A stretch of DNA of 64,000 bases from an uncultured Spirochaetota bacterium (GTDB taxonomy: Bacteria > Spirochaetota > Brevinematia > Brevinematales > JAOACQ01), in assembly GCA_963783575.1 (NCBI GenBank), contig CAWAOD010000005.1:224001-288000 (forward strand), in the 5' to 3' direction. Positions 30,183-38,155 of this stretch are shown here, one piece after another (position 1 is the first letter of the stretch; each line of letters opens with the position of its first letter). The notes beneath the pieces are model-generated. The model saw nothing but the letters and a program-made list of their open reading frames with translations. It was not told the DNA's origin and did not search any database. The position numbers and the translations under genes are program-made.

Positions 30183-30917
30183 ATGCTTGTAAAAATCCTG
30201 GGTAATGGAGGAGCAGTCTGCGACGGCCTGCCGTATAATTCCTTTTTGATCGGTGGTTATTTTCTTGCTGAAACTCCGCCTGACGTTATAAATAGCCTTT
30301 TCAGGGAATCAGTCGATATTTCGGAGTTGAGGGTAATTTTCATCTCGCATTTCCATGCAGACCATTACTTCGGTTTTCCACTTCTGGCACTCCGGCTTTT
30401 TTTCAACCGGATCGATAATAAAATCAGGCTGATCGGTCCGCATGGATTAAAGTCTAAAATTGAAGAAATCTGCAGAACGGCATTCGGGGCCGATCATCCT
30501 TATATCAAATGGGTTGAGGATCATATTTTGTTTTTTGAGATAGGCCCGAATGAAAAATTTGAACTTAATAAAAATCTGGTTTTAGAAACTATTCCAATGT
30601 TTCATTTTACTGAGGCACTTGGATTTTCTCTTTATGAAAACGGCCGGATAATTTTCTCATATTTCGCTGATACCCTCTGGAATGACAATCTTTTAGAAGT
30701 CATCAAACAAAAGCCTGGAGTGATTTTAACCGATCTAAACGGCGAGATTGATGATCCTGCGCCAATCCACATATCCGAAGCTGATCTGATAAAAAATGCC
30801 CTGCCTTGCTGCGATAATACAACAGCATTTTACGGCACACATCTAAAAAAGCAAAAAGATTCAATTCAGGAAAGAATAAAATATGTACGTCCTGGTGAAA
30901 TTATTAAAATAGGTTAG
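30183..30917 (+). CDS. MBL-fold metallohydrolase (RNase Z-like)
   Basis: ILGNGG, ISHFHADHYFG, ADT, GTH motifs. Confidence 0.85.
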   Translation: MLVKILGNGGAVCDGLPYNSFLIGGYFLAETPPDVINSLFRESVDISELRVIFISHFHADHYFGFPLLALRLFFNRIDNKIRLIGPHGLKSKIEEICRTAFGADHPYIKWVEDHILFFEIGPNEKFELNKNLVLETIPMFHFTEALGFSLYENGRIIFSYFADTLWNDNLLEVIKQKPGVILTDLNGEIDDPAPIHISEADLIKNALPCCDNTTAFYGTHLKKQKDSIQERIKYVRPGEIIKIG

Positions 30918-30934
30918 GAATACAATTCTCATTA

Positions 30935-30996
30935 CTTCCCGCCTTTATGCCTTCCTGTGGAAAATAAAATTCACAGGAAGGTGGTAAGGAGGGAAG
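30935..30996. repeat. CTTCCC...GGGAAG palindromic repeat, copy A
   Basis: CTTCCCGCCTT..CTTCCTGTG-loop-CACAGGAAG..AAGGAGGGAAG; related copies at 34634, 36049 and 37415. Confidence 0.75.
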
Positions 30997-31049
30997 AACC
31001 GCTCAACCGCATAAATATTTTATAAGCAGAGTCAATATTTTGTTTGTTT

Positions 31050-31120
31050 TCAGCCACTAATTACGCTAATTGACACGAATAAATAATAAATTAGTGATAA
31101 TTCGTGCAATTAGTGGCTGA
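31050..31120. repeat. Palindromic element with 13-bp terminal inverted repeats and ~9-nt internal periodicity
   Basis: TCAGCCACTAATT ... AATTAGTGGCTGA; internal CACGAAT/TTCGTG units. Confidence 0.75.
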
Positions 31121-31189
31121 TAATTATGCCTGTTAATTTTGCTTTGATAATTATTTTATCATTTCACAAAAAAAACTACAATTTTACTA

Positions 31190-31219
31190 TTGACAATATA
31201 CCGTCACATGACATAAAAT
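31190..31219 (+). promoter_or_regulatory. Sigma70-type promoter with palindrome in the spacer
   Basis: TTGACA-18nt-TAAAAT upstream of GGAGG RBS and ATG 31263; GTCA-CA-TGAC at 31203-31212. Confidence 0.55.
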
Positions 31220-31262
31220 AAATCATTATATTGTGTAAGGGCATAATGGAGGTCATATATTT

Positions 31263-31934
31263 ATGAAAAAAATATTGTCTTTATTAGTTTTTTTATTCAT
31301 ACTATCATTCATACCGGATTTTGCGGAAGAGTACAAAATCTGGAAGGTTAAACCCGTAAAAATCGACAGGAATAAGGCGGCTGAAAAGATGGCCGGTCAC
31401 TACCGCAGCGAGAATAAGGAAACAAAAAACGGTGTGAAAATCTACCGCTACAACGGCCTGGACGGTTCAAGGGTCAGGATCGGCGATGACGGGTCTATAC
31501 AGGTTGTTCAAACCGCCGGGGTTAAGGAAATAAACCAGGAGCTTTTATACAGTAAGATTTCGGATATGCTGGACAGGCTGGAACTGAAAGTGAAGATCCT
31601 CACAAATCAAATCAAATGGACATACCGGGACTACACAAATCTCGTCAGCCTCACCGGTATAAAGCTTGTGGAGGGGCTGGAGGTTGTGAACGGCGACAGG
31701 GTGGAAATCAACGCGATGAGGACGGGGCCTAAAAACGCGGAATTCGATTTAAAGGTGAGATGGTATGAGACGGGCAAAATGACAATTACAAATATTAACT
31801 TAGATCAAAAATCAAAAAATATTGTCAGGAGTATTACAAATACTGACAATAATAAAATCGATAAAAATAAACAAAGTAATTATGTATATAAAAATGGATA
31901 TTATTATCCGGTGATGAGGTTGATTAAGAAATAA
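31263..31934 (+). CDS. Exported hypothetical protein, first gene of the island operon
   Basis: GGAGG RBS; signal peptide MKKILSLL...DFA. Confidence 0.75.
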   Translation: MKKILSLLVFLFILSFIPDFAEEYKIWKVKPVKIDRNKAAEKMAGHYRSENKETKNGVKIYRYNGLDGSRVRIGDDGSIQVVQTAGVKEINQELLYSKISDMLDRLELKVKILTNQIKWTYRDYTNLVSLTGIKLVEGLEVVNGDRVEINAMRTGPKNAEFDLKVRWYETGKMTITNINLDQKSKNIVRSITNTDNNKIDKNKQSNYVYKNGYYYPVMRLIKK

Positions 31935-31976
31935 TAGTTTTTGTTTATATTAAATTGTATTTTTTGGGAGTTCACT

Positions 31977-33290
31977 ATGTGGAAAAATTTGAAATTATTT
32001 ACTTTGTTTTTTCTATTATTTATATCAATTGAAAGTTGTACAATAAAAAGCATTGATGTACCGAAAGTAATGGAAAATGCCAATTATCCCGGTAATAGCG
32101 ACATGTCTTTCGATGTATGGGCATTATCAGCGGTAGTTAGCCCCGGTGATGATTACAATCCAATAAAATTCGGTTTTTATACCCCATTTCCTTTTAATGG
32201 AATAGATATTACTATATCAGGACCAGGTTTTTATAAATATTCTTTTCAAGAAAGTGATTACGGACAATCCGGAAATTTTTTATGGTATGGGACGGACAAG
32301 GATCCTAGTGAGGATTTAAATGATCCAACTAAGATTGAATATGGAAATAAACAGCCTGAAGGATTTTATAGAGCTGAATTCAATCTTTGGCCTCGTTTTT
32401 CGGACTATAGAGTGATAGAAAGAACATGGTTTTATTTAAGCCGAAATGCAAATCTAACAGTAGGTGCCAGTTCTGATGATGACTTACCGGGCGATAATTT
32501 CTCTGGTCTTGTAGTTGAACCGAATTGCGATCCTGATGTAACGTATGTTTATACTATTAAATTATTCTGGCTAGGCGGAGGTTCCGATGATAGTGTAAAT
32601 ATTACAACTTCTATATATTCAGAGTATGGTTCGGGAGGTCACAATCATACTGTTCCCACCGGTACAATTGCCCCAACAAGTACAATCGGGGGAGGTAATG
32701 GAACAGTTTTTTTTGAGTATACACCTCCCGCATATGGAGGGAGGGAAACTCTTTTTTTTGATGTGTTCTATAAAAAATGTCATAATGTCGCCGGATTAAG
32801 AATAGATATTAAAAACCAGGATGCGGATGATTTTCAAAAATTGCCTATTGACGGCACCGGATACCTGTCCAGTGGTGGAACAGCCTCGCATCTTGGCCCC
32901 ACCGCAGTTTCCGGTAATCCGGATGCAAGGCCGATAGACTTCAATCACTGGGGGGTGGCGGGGTTTGTTGATTTTTTACCCGGTCTAGGGGTATCATTTA
33001 ATAATCAATTTAAACAATTATTGCATTTCAACGATATGTCATTACCTTATGGTGGAAAATTTCATACAGAAATGTATTCCGGTAATGAAGACCATGATAA
33101 GGGAACATCCTGTGATACCTGGTATGATGGAATTGGAAATTTAGATGATGCTGATGATTCTAGATATAAGACAATTAAAATAATAATAAATAATAATAAT
33201 CCATCTGGAGGTATTCATGATGAAAGAAATAAACCGGGCATAAAACCTCACCTCCATCTTATGTGGAACAATGGAGGAGTCAATAATTAA
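31977..33290 (+). CDS. Lipoprotein with FlgD-Ig-like N-region and C-terminal LAS/MepA-like zinc peptidase domain (putative peptidoglycan endopeptidase)
   Basis: GGGAG RBS; lipobox-like IESC; WYGTD..EGFY; NDMSLPYGG, H-x6-D (HDKGTSCD) and terminal HxH (PHLHL). Confidence 0.7.
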   Translation: MWKNLKLFTLFFLLFISIESCTIKSIDVPKVMENANYPGNSDMSFDVWALSAVVSPGDDYNPIKFGFYTPFPFNGIDITISGPGFYKYSFQESDYGQSGNFLWYGTDKDPSEDLNDPTKIEYGNKQPEGFYRAEFNLWPRFSDYRVIERTWFYLSRNANLTVGASSDDDLPGDNFSGLVVEPNCDPDVTYVYTIKLFWLGGGSDDSVNITTSIYSEYGSGGHNHTVPTGTIAPTSTIGGGNGTVFFEYTPPAYGGRETLFFDVFYKKCHNVAGLRIDIKNQDADDFQKLPIDGTGYLSSGGTASHLGPTAVSGNPDARPIDFNHWGVAGFVDFLPGLGVSFNNQFKQLLHFNDMSLPYGGKFHTEMYSGNEDHDKGTSCDTWYDGIGNLDDADDSRYKTIKIIINNNNPSGGIHDERNKPGIKPHLHLMWNNGGVNN

Positions 33291-33322
33291 TAGTTAACAA
33301 TTTATAAATTTTAGGAGGATTT

Positions 33323-34615
33323 ATGGATATACATTTAAGAAAGGTTATGATAATTTTAACTTTAATATTAATAATGATGAATATTGGTTTTGGAACAAGA
33401 AAGGAAGGAAAAAGCAAATATAATGAAATGTATAAGCAATACTGGAGTGAAGATAAATTCAAGGATAAACCCGAATATAAACAGCAATTTGAGATTTTAA
33501 AATCATTAAGAAATCAGTTAAAAGGGTTGGGATATAAAACTGCCGTTGAAGATTATAAAAATAAAATAGAACAGAAAAAGCAGATATATAAAAAAACCGG
33601 TAAATCGGAACAGGAAATAAAAAAAATGATAAATGAAGAACTTATTTTTGGGGAAAGTGAAATATTAAATAAAGAAAATGAAATAATCGATGCGAAAAAA
33701 GCAGAACCGAATAAAAAAATATTATCAATTAATAAAGGAAATATAAATGTTGGTAAATTAAACCCTGATATTATGAATAAAGTTATAAAAAAAGCTTCAG
33801 GATATTTTAGATCAGAACTGACAAAAGACGGTGACTTCCGATTTTATTACATGGATGATGAAGGAAATGAGGCATTTACTGTTTTTGAGCCGGGAAATAA
33901 AATAAATGCAATAGTATATGGAAAGATATTAAAAGAAGTTGATTATTTTACATATAATTATATTATAAATAATTTAAAGACAAGCAGCCAAAGTATAATA
34001 ATATTCGCCATTGATTACGGCAATTTTGGTAACATTAAAGAATTTTATTATAATAAAGAATATGTATTTATAAGTAAAAAAGTAATAACAAACAATGTAT
34101 TTTGCTGGTTACTATATAATAAAATAGCAATTCATCCATTAGATACTTCTGATAAAATATATATTAAGTCATCCGATAAACCCGGAATAATTAACTATTA
34201 TCTGGGAGGGAATGGTCAAGATCCTGATTCTCATGCGCCTTATATGCGACAAGACATTTTAGTCAATTCCGTATCAGGTAAAACCCTCGGCCCCGTCAAA
34301 CTCCCCTGGGAAGATACGAACTACGCAGCGCCGAATAAAACTACCGCTATGATTGATAGGCTTACGGGATATATGGGCGAAAGCTATGATGAAGGCTGGA
34401 TAGAGGATATTAATGTCCGCGACGATCTAACAAACCGGCTTGCTGAAATAAAGAATAATTATAAAGCGGGAAAAACATCAGAAGCTAAAGCAATATTACA
34501 GGGCATTCTGGATTATATCGAGCCGTATAAAGACACGGACAAAGTAATACTGAGTGAGGCTTATGGACTATTGAAGTACAATCTGGAGTATGTGAGAGAT
34601 GAATTGTTGAAATGA
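33323..34615 (+). CDS. Exported protein, paralogue 1, with C-terminal FIMAH-like helical domain
   Basis: AGGAGG RBS; N-terminal hydrophobic signal; conserved tail GPVKLPWE...GWIEDINVRDDL..RL...Y..GK..EAKA.L..IL...EAYGLLKYNLEY. Confidence 0.8.
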   Translation: MDIHLRKVMIILTLILIMMNIGFGTRKEGKSKYNEMYKQYWSEDKFKDKPEYKQQFEILKSLRNQLKGLGYKTAVEDYKNKIEQKKQIYKKTGKSEQEIKKMINEELIFGESEILNKENEIIDAKKAEPNKKILSINKGNINVGKLNPDIMNKVIKKASGYFRSELTKDGDFRFYYMDDEGNEAFTVFEPGNKINAIVYGKILKEVDYFTYNYIINNLKTSSQSIIIFAIDYGNFGNIKEFYYNKEYVFISKKVITNNVFCWLLYNKIAIHPLDTSDKIYIKSSDKPGIINYYLGGNGQDPDSHAPYMRQDILVNSVSGKTLGPVKLPWEDTNYAAPNKTTAMIDRLTGYMGESYDEGWIEDINVRDDLTNRLAEIKNNYKAGKTSEAKAILQGILDYIEPYKDTDKVILSEAYGLLKYNLEYVRDELLK

Positions 34616-34740
34616 AAAAATATAATTTCGTTCCTTCCCGTCTTGTGGAAATTATAAGCAGGAAGATGGGAAGATTTATAATAAAGATTGGCAGGAAGAG
34701 TATGAATTTAAAATTATTATTAATTTTATTTATTTCATTT
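34288..34740 (+). repeat. ~450-bp direct repeat copy 1 (paralogue tail + hairpin + RBS + next signal peptide)
   Basis: Near-identical by eye to 35703-36156; the first ~390 bp also recur at 37077-37474. Confidence 0.85.
34634..34673. repeat. CTTCCC...GGGAAG palindromic repeat, copy B
   Basis: CTTCCCGTCTT-GTGGAAATTATAAGCAGG-AAGATGGGAAG. Confidence 0.8.
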
Positions 34741-36030
34741 GTAGTTGTTTCATACGGTTACGGCAAAAGGAAAGAAATTACTTCTGATTTACTGATCAAT
34801 ACAACGAATTATTTTGTGAACCTGAAAAAATATTCATTGGAGATGGAAATACCGAAAGGTAAAATTAAGATTTATGATCACAAAAAACTGAATATAGATT
34901 ACAATAAAGAATATGATAATTTACTAAAGCGCCATTTGACCTCTACCAATTATAATAAGCGGTTGAATGAAAAAGAAAAGGAGAAAAAAGACGTTGATTT
35001 TTATAAAATGCATTTGACCAGGATAAATCAGTTCGCAAAGGAAGAAGTCCTGGCTGATGGAACAATAAAAGTCACATTGGCAACAAGAAAAACTAACAAT
35101 TGGTATGCTCAGGATTTTGGTAATAACATAGTATTTACTATTGGGTGTACGTTTGAAAAAATTACAAATGGAGTTAATAAATATAATTTTAATGTTGCAA
35201 ATGGCAAAAAAAGTAAATATCCTATATCAGAATTTATTGTGGAAGCTCCTTACGGTCGCCTTGAAAAAGTATATTATCCAGAGCCTGATGAAATATGGTG
35301 GAAAGGTTATAATACAAATGATCTTCAAAATCTTCCTACTCGTAATAATCTGAAAGTATTTCAATGGAATACATCTGATTCAAAATTAATAAAAGAAAAG
35401 TTTGGTAAAATTGATCGTAAATTAAGTCTTAAATTAGAAGAAAAGTTAAAAGAAGCGCAGTATGGGTGGGAAAAATATTGTGAAATAAATCCTATGCGGC
35501 CAGGAAATTCAATAGTTTTATCATTTGAATCAAAAGGAATCCCTGGTATCGTATCATGTTTTGCAATTGGAAGTAGTTCCAATCAGGTTATTCATTTTGG
35601 CGGTATAGGCTATATGAATGAAGGCGATCCGGGTTTTATCCTTCCGAGGTCGAGAAATAGATTGGGAAATGGAGATAGCGCTTTTCTTGAGGCCAATACA
35701 ATCGGCCCTGTCAAACTCCCCTGGGAAGAGACGAACTACACAGCGCCGAATAAAACCGCTGCCATGATCGACCGGCTTACGGAGTATATGGACGAAAGCT
35801 TTACAGAGGGCTGGATTGAAGACATCAATGTCCGCGACGACCTCACAAACCGCCTAGCTGGAATTGAGAACAATTATAAAGCGGGGAAGACATCAGAAGC
35901 TAAAGCAGTATTACAGGGCATTCTGGATTATATCGAGCCGTATAAAGACACGGACAAAGTTATACTGACAGAGGCTTATGGGCTGTTGAAAAACAACCTG
36001 GAGTATGTGAGGGACGAATTGCTGAAATGA
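34702..36030 (+). CDS. Exported protein, paralogue 2 (divergent core), with FIMAH-like tail
   Basis: Signal MNLKLLLILF; same tail as paralogues 1 and 3. The frame also extends upstream to an ATG at 34612 overlapping the previous stop. Confidence 0.8.
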   Translation: MNLKLLLILFISFVVVSYGYGKRKEITSDLLINTTNYFVNLKKYSLEMEIPKGKIKIYDHKKLNIDYNKEYDNLLKRHLTSTNYNKRLNEKEKEKKDVDFYKMHLTRINQFAKEEVLADGTIKVTLATRKTNNWYAQDFGNNIVFTIGCTFEKITNGVNKYNFNVANGKKSKYPISEFIVEAPYGRLEKVYYPEPDEIWWKGYNTNDLQNLPTRNNLKVFQWNTSDSKLIKEKFGKIDRKLSLKLEEKLKEAQYGWEKYCEINPMRPGNSIVLSFESKGIPGIVSCFAIGSSSNQVIHFGGIGYMNEGDPGFILPRSRNRLGNGDSAFLEANTIGPVKLPWEETNYTAPNKTAAMIDRLTEYMDESFTEGWIEDINVRDDLTNRLAGIENNYKAGKTSEAKAVLQGILDYIEPYKDTDKVILTEAYGLLKNNLEYVRDELLK

Positions 36031-36156
36031 AAAAATATAATTTCGTTCCTTCCCGTCTTCCTGTGGAAATTATAAGCAGGAATGGGAAGATTTATAATAA
36101 AGATTGGCAGGAAGAGTATGAATTTAAAATTATTATTAATTTTATTTGTTTCATTT
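35703..36156 (+). repeat. ~450-bp direct repeat copy 2
   Basis: Matches 34288-34740 including the intergenic region and ATGAATTTAAAATTATTATTAATTTTATTT. Confidence 0.85.
36049..36089. repeat. CTTCCC...GGGAAG palindromic repeat, copy C
   Basis: CTTCCCGTCTTCCTG-TGGAAATTATAAG-CAGGAATGGGAAG. Confidence 0.8.
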
Positions 36157-37404
36157 TTATTTGTCGCTCATATTTATAGCGAAAGAAAAGAAGGAAGTTC
36201 CCAATATAATGAGAAATATAAGCAATACTGGAATTACGATAAGTATGCAAATCAACCGGAGTTTAAAAAATATATTCATACTTTGACCAATCTGCAAAAA
36301 GCGATAAAAGCGGAAGGATATAAATCCAGAACGGAAAAACTGAAAATCGAAAAGGACAAATATATTAGCAGCTTAAAACAAAAAGGAAAGTCGGAAAAGG
36401 AAATAAAAAATATGATATCTGAAAATTTTATCCCCCCAAATAGCGAGATAAATAAAAAATTATTCGAGACCATTAATGCTATGAAAAATAAAGATAAGAA
36501 GGAATATTCAGGTTTATTACAGAAAATTAAAATAAATTCTGATAGTATTGACCCGGAAACTTTAGATAAAGTTTGGAAAGAAGCTGCCGGAGAATTTTAT
36601 AGATCGGAATTAACAAAGGATGGGGATTTCCGATTTTATTATATCGACGATGAAGGGAATGAAACATTTACAACGATTGTTCCCGCTAATAAAGTTAATG
36701 CTCTAGTAAAAAGTACAATTTCTAATGATGGTACCAATTATAAATATCAGTATGAAGTGATTAACTTAAAAAATAGCAAACAGGCTATTTTAGGATTTTC
36801 TATAGAATATCAAAAAATCCTACTTGACTATTATTATGATAGAAATAAAATAATTTTTTTAACTACAAATGTATTAAAAACTAATATGATACAATGGGCA
36901 ATGGAAATTATTCATATTATTGTTCAAAACAGTACTATGAATGATTTTTATACAATATCATTAGGTATTCCAGGAATAGAAAAATACTATATTGAAGGTC
37001 TCGGAAAAGAAGGAAATTCTCATTCTCCATATTTAAGGCAGGATACTTTTGTTAATTCCGTATCCGGTAAAACCCTCGGTCCCGTCAAACTCCCCTGGGA
37101 AGAAACGAACTACACTGCGCCGAATAAAACCTCCGCTATGATCGACCGGCTTCTTGGATATATGGACGAAAGCTTCAATGAAGGCTGGATAGAAGATGTA
37201 AATGTTCGCGACGATCTCACAAACCGGCTTTCAGAAATAAAGAACAATTATAAAGCGGGGAAAATATCGGAAGCTAAAGCTGTATTGCAGGGCATTCTGG
37301 ATTACATTGAGCCTTACAAAGACACGGACAAAGTGATACTGAGTGAGGCTTATGGACTATTGAAGTACAATCTGGAGTATGTGAGGGATGAATTGTTGAA
37401 GTAA
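36118..37404 (+). CDS. Exported protein, paralogue 3, with FIMAH-like tail
   Basis: Signal MNLKLLLILF; RKEG.S.YNE.YKQYW, RSELTKDGDFRFYY.DDEGNE and H.PY.RQD..VNSVSGKTLGP are shared with paralogue 1. Confidence 0.8.
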   Translation: MNLKLLLILFVSFLFVAHIYSERKEGSSQYNEKYKQYWNYDKYANQPEFKKYIHTLTNLQKAIKAEGYKSRTEKLKIEKDKYISSLKQKGKSEKEIKNMISENFIPPNSEINKKLFETINAMKNKDKKEYSGLLQKIKINSDSIDPETLDKVWKEAAGEFYRSELTKDGDFRFYYIDDEGNETFTTIVPANKVNALVKSTISNDGTNYKYQYEVINLKNSKQAILGFSIEYQKILLDYYYDRNKIIFLTTNVLKTNMIQWAMEIIHIIVQNSTMNDFYTISLGIPGIEKYYIEGLGKEGNSHSPYLRQDTFVNSVSGKTLGPVKLPWEETNYTAPNKTSAMIDRLLGYMDESFNEGWIEDVNVRDDLTNRLSEIKNNYKAGKISEAKAVLQGILDYIEPYKDTDKVILSEAYGLLKYNLEYVRDELLK

Positions 37405-37414
37405 AAACATTACA

Positions 37415-37474
37415 ACTTCGTACCTTCCCGTCTTCCTTTAAAATTATAAACAGGAAGGATGGAAGGCGGGAAGT
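37415..37474. repeat. CTTCCC...GGGAAG palindromic repeat, copy D
   Basis: CTTCGTAC/CTTCCCGT/CTTCCT ... CAGGAAGG/ATGGAAGG/CGGGAAG, 8-nt periodic arms. Confidence 0.8.
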
Positions 37475-37527
37475 AAATAGAATATTCAATTTTATCCATT
37501 GAAATTATGTTAAGGAGAGTATAATCT

Positions 37528-37986
37528 ATGGAAAAGATTTTTTGTTTGATTCTTCTGCTTTTCTTTATTTCCGGATGAAGTATGAATCAAAGCACAGTAT
37601 CAAGCTCATCATCATCACCAAATTCATCATCCAGCGTCGGCAGTATTGATCCGGCAATTATTTCCAACTTAACCGGATGCTGGGTTATGACCGGCATCAT
37701 TCATGTAATGAATTTTACAAATAATGTAATTTTAACTGATTATTGCTACACTAATTCCAACGCGGATTTTTACAACTTTTACAGCGACGGAACATATACA
37801 AACACCGGTTATATGGGTTATTGGTTTATCAATCAGGATAAACTGGAGCTGACAAATAATCAGAATGATCAATTGGCTACTTTTTCATTTCCGTCAGTTT
37901 CAAACATGTCATGGTCATATGTGCGTATTTTAAAGAGAATGGTATCGTCACAGATTACAGCCGTTTTGATTACTGGACAAATATAA
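37528..37986 (+). pseudogene. Lipoprotein gene with TGA at the lipobox cysteine codon (37576-37578)
   Basis: AAGGAG RBS; MEKIFCLILLLFFISG*SMNQSTVSSSSSS is in frame with the 37582 ORF; lipocalin-like LTGCWV..FYSDGTY..G.W downstream. Confidence 0.75.
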
Positions 37987-38078
37987 CAACAGCATTACTT
38001 GGACCGTTTATTACGGATAAAATCATATCAAGATGGGAAGAGTTGGATTTTAATAAAACGAATTGAATGATAAGTTCT

Positions 38079-38116
38079 CCCCTTCTCCACTTGTGGAGAA
38101 GGGGTTGGGGATGAGG
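38079..38116. repeat. GC-rich REP-like palindrome
   Basis: CCCCTTCTCCAC-TT-GTGGAGAAGGGG followed by TTGGGGATGAGG. Confidence 0.7.
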
Positions 38117-38155
38117 CTGAAAATCAATAATAAAGATATCAATTGGAGGCTGAAA

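Noticed and set aside
33323..37404. Diversity-generating retroelement target/template repeats
   Set aside because: There is no reverse transcriptase. The repeated part is the constant region and its differences are mostly synonymous, not adenine-specific.
30935..37474. Integron cassette array or CRISPR array
   Set aside because: The hairpins lack attC core sites, no integrase or cas gene is in the window, and the spacing is gene-sized rather than spacer-sized.
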